A DNA stretch of 64,000 nucleotides from Octopus sinensis (taxonomy: Eukaryota): positions 14,260,001 to 14,324,000 of the forward strand of contig NC_043024.1 of assembly GCF_006345805.1 (NCBI RefSeq), in the 5' to 3' direction. A program made the translations under genes and the position numbers. Positions within the stretch are counted from its first letter, which is position 1; each line of letters opens with the position of its first letter. Shown piece after piece: positions 26,730-38,845 of the stretch. The notes under the pieces were generated by a model, which saw only the letters and a program-made list of their open reading frames with translations, was not told the origin of the DNA and made no database searches.

Positions 26730-28051
26730 GTAAGTCCTTATTGTATTTCTTAACTTTCTTCATTTCTATCAGGACATAACTTATATGGTCATTGTAATCT
26801 GCTTGAAATAGCAGCCAAACATCACTCACATTATACCTTACTGTCCTAAAAATGGAAGAACTCACCTATTTAACTTGAGGGGAAAAAAAAGGAAAAAAGA
26901 AGAATTTAAGCCAATAAGCTCTCCCCTATATGGTCAATTGACTGGCAAGAAACAGCAGCCAGATCTCTCAATTAACAATGACACAATGTAGTTAGCGGCT
27001 GATACACATAAATATAGGCATAGAGTGGTTGAGTGTTAGGTAGCTTGCTTACCAACCACATGGTTCCGAGTTCAGTCCCACTGCGTGGCACCTTGGACAA
27101 GTGTCTTCTACTATAGCCTCGGGCTGACCAAAGCCTTCTAAGTGGATTTGGTAGATGGAAACTGAAAGAAGCCTGTCGTATATATGTATACATATGTATG
27201 TGTGTGTATATGTTTGTGTACCAGTGTTTGTCCCCCAACATCGCTTGACAACAGATGCTGGTGTGTTTACATCCCCGTAACTTAGCAGTTTGGCAAAAGA
27301 GACAGATAAAATAAGTACTAGGCTTACAAAGAATAAGTTCTGGGGTCGATTTGCTTGACTAAAGGCGGTGCTCCAGCATGGCCACAGTCATATGACTGAA
27401 ACAAGTAAAAGAGTAAGAGTATAGATATGGAATAGTCATGGCTGGAATGTCTTTCCTCACAAGTCTTCTTCATAAGAGCTGATCCAGGACTTAACAACAA
27501 CAACATATTTATCTCGACAGGGAAATATTATCGATATGGTTAGCAAGAGCATGGGGCAACTTGAAGAATATTTAGGTGAATAGATTGCCCCCCTGTACTT
27601 TTTTTTTAAGCCCGTTATTTATTCTATCAGTCTCTTTTGCTAAACTGCTAAGTTACGGGGATGTAAACATACCAAAACTGATTGTCAAGAGGTGGGAGGG
27701 GGATGGCCCAAATACAGACACGTGTGTGTGTGTTCCTTCAAATGAAGTCTACCAAATCTACTCACAAGGCTTTGGTCAGCCCAAGGCTATAGCAGAAGAC
27801 ACTTGCCCAAGGTGCCATGCAGTGGGACTGAACCCGAAACCATGTGGTTGGTAAGCAAGCTACTTACCACACAGCCATGCTTGCACCTAAAGCTACAGAA
27901 AATTGAACCTATTACCTCTCAGTTACCAGCTGAGTGTTCTGTACCATTAAGCTAAGTAGCCCCCACTACAATGTATAGATAAAAAAAAAAAAATGGATGG
28001 CCATGGCCAGGACGTCTTTCAGCACAGATTTGCTAGTTCAAGCTTTAATCG

Positions 28052-28082
<31 letters not shown>

Positions 28083-30902
28083 TTCTTTACTACCCACAAG
28101 GGGCTAAACACAGAGGGGACAAACAAGGACTGACAAAGGGATTAAGTCAACTACATCGACCCCAGTGCATAACTGGTACTTAATTTATCGACCCCGAAAG
28201 GATGAAAGGCAAAGTCGACCTCGGCGGAATTTGAACTCAGAACATAAAGGCTCACGAAATACAGCTACGAATTTCGCCCATTGTTTGTAAAAACATAAAT
28301 CCGAAAGAAGCCCACTCTGAGATGTAGAGCAAAATAAATAAATAAATGCACCCTTTTAAAGCCTAGCCAGGCTCATGGGCCCAGTTTCCCGGTTTCCATG
28401 GCGTATGTGTTCCCCAGCTGGACGGGACACCAGTTCATCACAGAGTTACTCATTTTTGCCAGCTGAGTGGACTGGAGCGACGTGAAATGAAGTGTTTTGC
28501 TCAAGAACACAATGCGTCGCCTGGTCCAGGAATCGAAACCATAATCTTACGATCATGATGCTGACACCCTAACCACTAAGCCATGCACCTACACAAGACG
28601 TAGAGGTGTATATATTAAATGGGGAAAGCTGGTTTATGGGATTATCTAAAGTTTCCTGTCCACAAGGGGTTTAGCTTTATGGTGTAATACACACACATAC
28701 ACACACACACACATTAACTGTCTACCAAATTACACTCACAAGGTACTGATCAATGGAAGGAGATGGTGGAAGATACTAGCCTAAGGCTCAACAGAGTGGA
28801 ATTGAACTGGGATTGAACTGGCAGACATATACTCTTTACTCTTTTACTCTTTTACTTGTTTCAGTCATTTGACTGCGGCCATGCTGGAGCACCGCCTTAA
28901 ATCGAGCAACTCGACCCCGGGACTTATTCTTTTGTAAGCCCAGTACTTATTCTATCGGTCTCTTTTGCCGAACCGCTAAGTGACGGGGACATAAACACAC
29001 CAGCATCCGTTGTCAAGCAATGCTAGGGAGACAATCACAGACACACAAACACACACACGTATATATATATATACATATATACGACAGGCTTCTTTCAGTT
29101 TCTGTCTACCAAATCCACTCACAAGGCTTTGGTCGGCCCGGGGCTATAGCAGAAGACACTTGCCCAAGATGCCACGCAGTGGGACTGAACCCGGAACCAT
29201 GTGGTTGGTTAGCAAGCTACTTACCACACTGCCACTCCTGCGCCTATATAGTTGCAAAACAGACTTCTTCCCCACACCACTCTGCTAAGCTAAGATTAAT
29301 GAATTCCGACAAGGCTTCCAACAAAGTCTATAATTATAAGAATGTGTTATGGGAATTGCCATCTCTGATTTATTGAAATGATTTAATAAATTAGATGGGA
29401 TCTTTGAGGTAAAATCGAGTTTAGATATTTTCCTCTGCCCTACACACAATTGAAAAGCAAATTTTCTTTCATTCTTTGAAATTATATTTACAATGAAAAC
29501 ACAATTGAAATTCACACTAAAAGCAGCAAACTTAATAAGAATTTGCTGCAAAAACAAACTCTTCATTTAAAACCAGATGTCTCCCGTAATGCAGCAGCTA
29601 CCATTTTGTATTTCATACTAAATTTTAAATATCAAGCCAAGCAAAGTTAATAAATAGGTTGGAAATAACTTAAAAGTATATAGCTTGTTTCAAGAACTGT
29701 ATAAAATTGAATCTAATATAATGTGACAGCTGTTTCTATTTTTCCATCAAATAGTTGCTTTTCTCCACCAGATTATATAGATTAAAAATGCGTGGTAATA
29801 TCAATCGAAATTTGGAGTTGGTCTTATTGTCTAAATACAGTCTATTTTAATAGTGGAGGCGCAATGGCCCAGTGGTTAGGGCCGCGGACTCGCAGTCGTA
29901 GGATCACGGTTTCGATTCCCAGACCAAGTGTTGTGAGTGTTTATTGAGCGAAAACACCTAAAGCTCCACGAGGCTCCGGCAGGGATGTTGGTGATCCCTG
30001 CTGTACTCTTTCACCACAACTTTCTCTCACTCTTACTTCCTGTTTCCTTTGTACCAGTATTTCAAAGGGCCGGCCTTGTCACTTTCTGTGTCACGCTGAA
30101 TATCCCCGAGAACTACGTTAAGGGTACACGTGTCTGTGGAGTGCTCAGCCACTTACATGTTAATTTCACGAGCAGGCTGTTGATCGGATCAACCGGAACC
30201 CTCATCGTCGTAACCGACGGAGTGCTTCCCCTATTTTAATGCCACTCCAATGTATTACATTGTTTCTATTTTTCCATCAAATAGTTGCTTTTCTCCACCA
30301 GATTATATAGATTAAAAATGCGTAGTAATATCAATCGAAATTTGTAGTTAGTCTTATTGTCTAAATACAGTCTATTTTGATGCCACTCCAATGTGTTACA
30401 ATGCTTATTTCAAAGATATTATGTAGTACAAAATATATTTATAGATTTAATCCAACACTACAGCTAATAGACAGCTGTAAGCACCTTGTCTTCATATATA
30501 ATATCTTAGGGTAAAATTCTGAATCTAAGGAAACGACTAACAATTAGTTAATGGGAAAATTCGACCAGTTCAATTGCCATGAAGAATGTAAAATCCAATG
30601 ATTTGTATCTTACCATAAATGTTGCGATAGACACCACCATTTTGCCCCTATTCTCAGACAAATATCCGAGCCAGAAAGGCTGGAGTCTACAGTCCTTACT
30701 ACAACTGAATTTACCAAACTCTCCCATGACTGTAATTGCATCTAAGCTCAAACTTGTTATAAGAAGTCCAGAATAAATTTTTATTATTATTTGAGATTAA
30801 AACACAGCTTTATTTTAACCACTGATTAAAATATTGATATTCATGCTCTATTACATTAAATATACTAATTACTAATTATCTTCAAATATTCTTTCATTTC
30901 AG

Positions 30903-31007
30903 CAATTTGTAACCCTCCTTGTGGCAATAATGGCATATGTATAGGTCCTAGTAAATGTGATTGCCCACCAGGAATTGTCGGTTATCGATGCAATGACAAA
31001 ATAAGTG
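30903..31007 (+). CDS. Exon, EGF-like domain
   Basis: tttcatttcAG / GTAAGT, 105 nt, phase 1-1: ICNPPCGNNGICIGPSKCDCPPGIVGYRCNDKIS. Confidence 0.95.
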
Positions 31008-31264
31008 GTAAGTTGTATGATTAAGGATAATTCAAAATTATTTACTTTGGTTATTAATTTTACAGAAAATTCTGAATGTTTTTAATCTCTGACTATGTCC
31101 CAATACTGCCGAGGAAATTTAAAACTAGTTTCCATTTACTATTTTATTTCATTGCGTGAATTAGGGCTCAGAAATACCAGAATACATCCCTCCCTTTCTT
31201 TCAATATTTTGACGGATTTTCATCAGTCTTTTTTATTTCAGTATCGCATTATAACCCTTCAGCG

Positions 31265-31645
31265 GAGGCGCAATGGCCCAGTGGTTAGGGCAGCGGACTC
31301 GCGGTCATAGGATCGCGGTTTCGATTCCCAGATCGGGCGTTGTGAGTGTTTATTGAGCGAAAACACCTAAAGCTCCACGAGGCTCCGGCAGGGGATGGTG
31401 GTGATCCCTTCTGTACTCTTTCACCACAACTTTCTCTCACTCTTACTTCCTGTTTCTGTTGTACCTGTATTTCAAAGGGCCGGCCTTGTCACTCTCTGTG
31501 TCACGCTGAATATCCCCGAGAACTACATTAAGGGTACACGTGTCTGTGGAGTGCTCAGCCACTTATACGTTAATTTCACGAGCAGGCTGTTCCGTTGATT
31601 CGGATCAACCGGAACCCTCGTCGTCGTAACCGACGGAGTGCTTCC
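31265..31645 (+). mobile_element. tRNA-derived SINE family B with 13-bp TSD
   Basis: Head GGAGGCGCAATGGCCCAGTGG..GTTTCGATTCCC; flanked by ATAACCCTTCAGC duplication. Other copies: 29856-30230(+, TSD CTATTTTAAT), 4020-4400(-), 63697-64000(-), partial 2400-2610(-). Confidence 0.9.
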
Positions 31646-32212
31646 ATAACCCTTCAGCATTTAAACCGGCCATATTTTCAAAACAACCAGATCTGATCTC
31701 TCACACTTTCCCTACAATAACATTGTAAAAATAAACATTTGCATTAATGGTATCCTGTCGCTATGAGATAATGAATGATTGATATTTAAAATGGTTCAAT
31801 ATTTAAGAGATGAGGAACTCTCTCTTTTACTCTTTTACTTGTTTCAGTCATTTGACTGTGGCCATGCTGGAGCACCGCCTTTAGTCGAGCAAATCGAAGC
31901 CCAGTACTTATTCTATCGGTCTCTTTTGCTGAACCGCTAAGTGACGGGGACGTAAACACACCAGCATCGGTTGTCAAGCAATGCTAGGGGGACAAACACA
32001 GACACACAAACATATACACACACACTTATATACATATACATATATACGACAGGCTTCTTTCAGTTTCCGTCTACCAAATCCACTCACAAGGCATTGGTTG
32101 GCCCGGGGCTATAGCAGAAGACACTTGCCCAAGATGCCACACAGTGGGACTGAACCCGGAACCATGTGGTTGGTTAGCAAGCTACTTACCACACAACCAC
32201 TCCTGCGCCTAT

Positions 32213-32690
32213 GTATATTATTTACATCATTTACATTCGACGGATATTTTCCTCATCTTGTTTGTTGTTAACACAATGTTTCAGCTGATATATCCTCCAG
32301 CCTTCTTCAGGTGTCTTGGGGAAATTTAAAACCTGGGTTCTCATTCCTAAGGTATTCTTCGATGTTATCATTATTATAATTATTATTATTATTGTTATTG
32401 TTCAGGCCACTGCTTGGAATCAAACTTGGAATCTTGGAGTTAGTAGCCCACGCTCTTAACCACTACGCCATATGCCCACGGGCATATGACGTAGTGGCAT
32501 ATGGCTAAGCAGTGACCTGAACAATAACAATAATAATAATAATAACATTGAAAAATACCTTAGGAATGAAAACCCAGGTTCGAAATTTCCACAAAACACC
32601 TGAAGAAGGCTGGAGGGTATATCAGCTGAAACGTTGTGTTAATAACAAACAAGATGTTCAATCATCCATCGAATATAAATAATGTAATTT
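32213..32690. mobile_element. Inverted dimer of the same element (locus 2)
   Basis: Palindromic head-to-head junction 32460-32497; cores at 32270-32315(-) and 32595-32640(+). Confidence 0.7.
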
Positions 32691-32774
32691 TTTTAAATGT
32701 GAATAAATAATCATTACATTTGACAGAATAATTTCAATGCTAAAGGGTTAATCGTAAAATCATTCATCTTTCAG

Positions 32775-32939
32775 ATTCTGACAACAAACACCAATTCTGT
32801 TTTATTGAACCCAGTTGTTATGGTGCAGAATATGTGTGTGGAAAAACTACGACTTTCAAAGAATGCTGTAGCAAGAATCTAACTGGTAGTTGGGGTGTTC
32901 CTGGCATACAGTGTACACCTTGCATTGCTTATGCACACC
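32775..32939 (+). CDS. Exon, TB (8-Cys)-like domain
   Basis: ctttcAG / GTAAGT, 165 nt, phase 1-1: SDNKHQFCFIEPSCYGAEYVCGKTTTFKECCSKNLTGSWGVPGIQCTPCIAYAH (CC..G.SWG..C..C). Confidence 0.9.
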
Positions 32940-33039
32940 GTAAGTTATATCTCTTTGTTGAATTCTGAATAATAAAAATATAAATCCTTAAATCTTCATC
33001 TGACTATTTATGGTGGGAATCCATAACTAATTAGAATGT

Positions 33040-33170
33040 ATATAAAAAATAAAAATTTAAAATTTAAAAAATTTAAAATTAAAAGAATTTAAACTTTTAA
33101 AAATTTAAAATTTAAAAAATTTAAAATTTAAAATTTAAAATTAAAAAATTAAAAAATCAAAAATTAAGGG
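33040..33170. repeat. (AAAATTT)n simple repeat
   Basis: Direct reading. Confidence 0.85.
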
Positions 33171-33477
33171 AAGTTAAAACATATGGGAAGGCTTGTGCAG
33201 AAACTGGTAACGACCTCGCTCGAAATTTTTACACTTGCCACCGGCACAGGTGCCAGTAAGGCGATGCTGGTAACGATCACACTCGAATGGTGTCTTTTAC
33301 ATGCCACTGGCACGGAGGCCAGATAGCCGCTCTGGCAACGATCACACTTGGATGGTGCTCTTTAAGGCAACGCTGGTAACGATCACGCTCGAATTGTGCC
33401 TTTTAAGTGCCACTGGCACAGAAGCTGGAAATATGGACTATAGCCATGCTCTTGTGGGGCCCAGAACCATAACAGTT

Positions 33478-33680
33478 ATTTTGTGACATATGGACATTAT
33501 CCAAAAAGTTACCTTTCTTGAATTTAAACATGTAGCAGGGTTCGAAGAACTTTTTGAGATGATCCATCTTTCCATATTACAAAGGCTGCACTTGACACTA
33601 CTGTTGGTATAAGGTTTACACTTGACTAAGATCTTCCAGTAAATCTTGTCGTTAACACCTTGTTCTTTTAATATATAAAC
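33478..33680 (-). mobile_element. Decayed Penelope-like GIY-YIG endonuclease C-terminal fragment
   Basis: YIKEQGVNDKIYWKILVKCKPYTNSSVKCSLCNMERWII..LNSRK..CHK, matching the PLE pattern W.IL..C..Y......C.LC..EK..I...LN.R..C.H. Confidence 0.75.
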
Positions 33681-33747
33681 ATTGGTAGTAATATATAAGC
33701 AATAGGTAGTGGGTAGAAATTTTCTTCACTACTTCAGGGAGTGGTGA

Positions 33748-34143
33748 CCCTGCCTGACACAAGTCCCAGGCTCAGCTGGCTCCGGCTGACAGTACCCGGT
33801 ATGGGCCCCTATCCAGGGTGACAGAAAGGAGGTTACCTTAAAAGAAATCTGGAGTGGAGCCCTGTAGACGGTTTAGTGTTCAACTCGACACTCTTCCAGC
33901 AGCTCCTGCAACCGAGCTGGTGCCAAACGTAATGCTCTGCATTCCTCTGGACTACGTCAGCAAGGTTGAGAGAGGAATCCTGACAATTGGGTTACCCAGG
34001 ATTTTCTTACATCTAGCCCAAGAATGCGCAAAACTGGAGAGGAAACCGGAGAGGACATGAAATGTAAAAACCAGACTGGGTTAGTTTATGCACAATTCTA
34101 TTGTCTCCCGAGACAAAAGGATGCCTACAACAACAACAACAAG
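33748..34143 (+). mobile_element. Unclassified ~390-bp retroposon with (CAA)n tail (second copy about 57886-58250)
   Basis: Two similar copies; short-repeat 3' tail. Confidence 0.65.
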
Positions 34144-35084
34144 GTAGTGAGCTAGAATGTTAAAACTTAGTGCATGTGCACAACAGTGTTCAAGGTCAAT
34201 CTTCACCAAGCGACTTCACTCTGTGTGCTTCAGTTTCATCACCATGGCAACACTCTGGGTATCTATTGATCAGACCTCGTACATGCATATACATACATAT
34301 TACTCTTTACTCTTTTACTTGTTTCAGTAATTTTACTGCGGCCATGCTGGAGCACCGCCTTTAGTCAAGCAAATCGACCCCAGGACTTATTCTTTTGTAA
34401 GCCCAGTACTTATTCTATCAGTCTCTTTTGCCGAACCGCTAGGTGACGGGGACGTAAACACATCAGCATCGGTTGTCAAACAATGCTACGGGGACAAGCA
34501 CAGACACACAAACATATACACACACATACATATATATGACAGGCTTCTCTCAGTTTCCGTCTACCAAATCCACTCACAAGGCATTGGTCGGCCCGAGGCT
34601 ATAGCAGAAGACACTTGCCCAAGATGCCACACAGTGGGACTGAACCCGAAACCATGTGGTTGGTAAGAAAGCTACTTACCACACAGCCACTCCTACGCCT
34701 ATGTTGTTGATTTTTGTCTAGCCAGATTTCTATCGTAACGTCATCTCTTGTGGAGAGAAACCCAGAATGTCTCAGGTTAGAATATATATTTTAGAAACAT
34801 CGCTTGACAACCGATGCTGGTGTGTCTATGTTCACGTAACTTAGTGGTTCGGCAAAAGAGACCGATAGAATAAGTACTGGGCTTACATAGAATAAGTCCT
34901 GGGGTCGATTTCCTGAACTAAAGGCAGTGCTCCAGCATGGCCACAGTCACATGACTGAAACAAGAAAAAAAATTAAAGAGCCATACATATGTATGTGTAT
35001 GTAATAGAAGTTGCTTTCTCAAGGTACCATGCAGTGGGATTGAAATTGAGGCCTGCACCTATAAATGTGTTATAGCCTGCACCT

Positions 35085-35418
35085 ATAAATACAAACTGGC
35101 CTCGTGCCGGTGGCACGTAAAAAGCACCATCTGTTCGTGTCCGTTGCCAGCCTCGCCTGGCCCCGTACCGGTGGCACATAAAAAGCACCATCCGGTCGTG
35201 GCCGTTTGCCAGCTCTGTCTGGCACCTGTGCGGGTGGCACGTAAAAAGCACCCACTACACTCACGGAGTGGTTGGCGTTAGGAAGGGCATCCAGCCGTAG
35301 AAACACTGCCAGATCTGACTAGGCCTGATGAAGCCTTCCAGCTTCACAGACCCCAGTTGAACCGTCCAACCCATGCTAGCATGGAAAACGGACGCTATAC
35401 GATGATGATGATGATGAT
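35085..35418 (+). mobile_element. RTE-related non-autonomous retroposon family E with (GAT)n tail
   Basis: GGCGTTAGGAAGGGCATCCAGCCGTAGAAAC segment resembles RTE 5'UTRs; ends in (GAT)n; variable number of 5' GTGCCRGTGGCAC subrepeats. Other copies: 1425-1850, 11395-11818, 15180-15350, 33195-33430, 35583-36290, 52313-52592, 63235-63520 (-); 26036-26230, 41895-42170, 45845-46216 (+). Confidence 0.75.
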
Positions 35419-36373
35419 TCTCATTATCCCAATAGGCCACAAAATGCCAGCTTTGGGGAAATTTCGAAATCATTGTCTCTTTTCTAAAATACATAAAGCA
35501 ATGTGCATATGTGTGTCTATATAGGAATATCACACCAAGACATAATGTCAGTGAAACCAAACAAAATATATTTTGTAGAATTCATCATCATCATCGTTTA
35601 ACGTCCGCTTTCCATGCTAGCATGGGTTGGACGATTTAACTGAGGACTGGTGAACCAGACAGCTGCACCAGGCTTCAATCTTGATCTAGCAGAGTTTCTA
35701 CAGCTGGATGCCCTTCCTAACGCCAACCACTCCGAGAGTGTAGTGGGTGCTTTTACGTGCCAGTCAGGCGGTACTGGCAACGACCTCGCTCAAATTTTTT
35801 TACACTTGCCACCGGCACAGGTGCCAGTAAGGCGATGCTGGTAACAATCACGTTCGAATGGTGTCTTTTACATGCCACAGGCATGGAGGCCAGATAGCTG
35901 CTCCGGCAACAATCACGCTTGGATGGTGCTCTTTAAGGCGATGCTGGTAACGATCACGCTCGAATGGTGTCTTTTACATGCCACCGACATGGAGGCTAGA
36001 TAGCCGCTCCGGCAATGATCACGCTTGGATGGTGCTCTTTAAGGCGACACTGGTAACGATCACGTTCGAATGGTGTCTTTTACATGCCACCGGCACGGAG
36101 GCCAGATAGCCGCTCCGGCAATGATCACACTTGGATGGTGCTCTTTAAGGCGACACTGGTAACGATCACGCTCGGATTGTGCCTTTTAAGTGCCACTGGC
36201 ACAGAAGCCGGTTAGCTGCTCTATCAATGGTCACACTCGTATGGTGCTCTTTGCACCCGGCTAGCACGGACACCAGTCATCGAATTTGATTTTCATTTTG
36301 ATTTTTGATTTTTTATTTAGAAAATCTGGTAAACTTGGAAACAGTGTCTATATTGACTAAATCCTAATTTCAG

Positions 36374-36561
36374 CTAACTGGACAGAAACATACACACGAT
36401 CACACAGTTGTAGATCTTCTGGTCAATACAGCATGAGAACATTCGATGGCAGCTACTACAATTTCGTTGGTAATTGTTCATACAGCCTTGTTGAAATACC
36501 AGATATCTGTCAGATTGAAATCACCTTTAGAGACTGCGAAACATTGTCTACATGTCGAAAG
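36374..36561 (+). CDS. Exon, VWD domain start
   Basis: atttcAG / GTCAGT, 188 nt, phase 1-0: NWTETYTRSHSCRSSGQYSMRTFDGSYYNFVGNCSYSLVEIPDICQIEITFRDCETLSTCRK (TFDG..Y.F.G.C.Y hallmark). Confidence 0.95.
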
Positions 36562-36821
36562 GTCAGTATTTTCTTATAATTTCAATGGTTTCAACTGTTA
36601 TATTGACTATGCAACAGAATTGACTTCAAAAGTTTTAGTCAAGTTCAAGGGTGTATATATGACTTTGTTGTGAAGGCGAGTGACTTAGTGGTCAGGACAT
36701 TCGGCTCAAGATTGTAAGGTTATGAGTTCAATTCCCGGCGACGGGTTGTGTCCTTGAGCAAGACACTTTATTTCACGTTGCTCCAATCCACTCAACTGGC
36801 AAAAATGAGTTGTACATGTAT

Positions 36822-37648
36822 TTGAGTATATATTGAGTATATTAGATTTGAGTACATATATTAGATTGGATTGAATATATTAGATTTGAGTATATTAGTA
36901 TATATTTGAGTATATTTTGAGTACATATATAGATTTGAATATATATTGAGTACATTAAATTTGAGTATATATTTGAATATATATTAAGTATATTAGATTT
37001 GAGTACATATATTAGATTTGAGGATATATTTGAGTATATTAGTGTATATTTTGAGTACATATATAGATTTAAATATATATTGAGCATATTAGATTTAAGT
37101 ACATAGATTAGATTGGATTGTGTATATTAGATTTGAGTATATATTTGAGTATATTAGTATATATTTGAGTATATATTGAGTATATTCGATTTGAGTACAT
37201 AGATTAGATTGGATTGTGTATATTAGATTTGAGTATATATTTGAGTATATTAGTATATTTTTGAGTATATATTGAGTATATTCGATTTGAGTACATAGAT
37301 TAGATTGGATTGTGTATATTAAATTTGAGTATATATTAGATTTGAGTATATATTTGAGTATATATTGAGTATATTCGATTTGAGTACAGAGATTAGATTA
37401 GATTGAGTATATTAGATTTGAGGATATATTTGAGTATATTAGTGTATATTTTGAGTACATATATAGATTTGAATATATATTGAGCATATTAGATTAGATT
37501 GGATTGTGTATATTACATTTGAGTATATATTTAAGTATATTAGTATATATTTGAGTATATTAGTGTATATTTTGAGTACATATATTAGTATATATTGGAG
37601 TATATTTTGAGTACATTAGATTTGAGTATATATTTGAGTATATTAGAT
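36822..37648. repeat. Degenerate AT-rich minisatellite (TTGAGTATATATTAGAT-like)
   Basis: About 830 bp of recurrent ttgagta/ttagat units with higher-order duplication. Confidence 0.9.
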
Positions 37649-37924
37649 TAAGGCTGACATAGAGCTAAACAACACCAACACTGACCTCCAATTTCAGCTG
37701 AACCTCCTGCACATCAGTTGCAGGGTGGGTGGGGACACATGACAACTGGCTCGGATTGGTTTCATGCTCTTGCTTTAAGGGGCTGGGGCCACTCCAGGTT
37801 AGTGGTCCCAGAGACATCATTATGTGTGGAGCTAACTGGTCCACCAGTGCTTTCCATCACTATCATTCTCCCGCCAGCTCCTCTGCACCTTCAAATGTGA
37901 TGCCGAGCCTCCACAATCACATGT

Positions 37925-38160
37925 GGAGGCACATGGCTTAGTGGTCAGGGTGTTGAACTCATGATCGTAAGGTTGTGGTTTCGATTCCTGGACCGGGCGA
38001 CGCGTTGTGTTCTTGAGCTAAACACTTCACTTTCACGTCGCTCCAGTCCACTCAGCTGGCAAAAATGAGTAATGCTGTGATGGACTGGCGTCCCGTCCAG
38101 GTGGGGAATTTCTATGCCACTGAAACCAGGAAACCGGCCCTTGTGAGCCTAGCATGGGTT
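37925..38160 (+). mobile_element. tRNA-derived SINE family C
   Basis: TGGCTTAGTGG..GTTTCGATTCC head, GTTCTTGAGC core. Other copies: 1-155, 9937-10255, 19908-20220, 36675-36820 (+); 28350-28590, 41378-41652 (-). Confidence 0.85.
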
Positions 38161-38742
38161 GAGAAGGAGCATAACAATTACATCCAGCTATCTAGTGCAG
38201 GGCCTGCTACAAGGCCTCTTCCAGCTCACAACTATTGTCCACTGTTTCTTTTTTCAATCTAACTAATAAGAAAAATATTTTACCAAATATTCAGTACTAG
38301 TTAAAGTGAAAGTATCTAACATAAAATAGAGAAACATTTTTGTTTCACTTTTAACACGTAATACTGAAATAGTGGAGAAGATATGATATTGCTATGGGCT
38401 CACTCTAGGCAAGAAGTTTAAAATTTTTTATTTTTGCTCATGAAACTACATGGACCCTAAGTTAGGCATGTTTAAAATTTGAATGGAATTGGTTGTGTAG
38501 TTCTCAAGTTTTAGGGAATCGTAGTGGAGAAGATATGATATTGCTGTGGGCTCACCCTAGGCAAAAAGTTCAAAATTTTTTTGCCGATGACACTCCCCAG
38601 ACCCTAAGTAAGGCATGTGTAAAATTTGAATGAAATTTGTTGTGTAGTTCTCAAGTTTTAGGGAAACACACACACACAGACAGACAGACACACATTCTCA
38701 GTTTTATATATATAAAGATAATCTGTTGATTTTATATTTTAG

Positions 38743-38845
38743 TCCTTAAAAATAACAACTGGCGCAGATGTAGTTTATGCAGAAGGACACAACGTTGTGA
38801 TAAACAAACTCCCAGTAAATCTTCATCAAGGAATCATAAAAGGAA
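38743..38845 (+). CDS. Exon, VWD middle
   Basis: atttttAG / GTAAGT, 103 nt, phase 0-1: SLKITTGADVVYAEGHNVVINKLPVNLHQGIIKG. Confidence 0.85.

Noticed and set aside
27521-27575. AG..GT-bounded open stretch GNIIDMVSKSMGQLEEYL
   Set aside because: Phase 0 start does not fit the neighbouring exons, which already join in frame.
27900-27966. tRNA-like sequence on the minus strand, and the tRNA-like SINE heads
   Set aside because: No complete cloverleaf or acceptor stem; treated as SINE heads or relics, not tRNA genes.
33748-33830. Possible HDV-like ribozyme at the 5' end of the (CAA)n retroposon
   Set aside because: Could not assign the nested double pseudoknot by eye.
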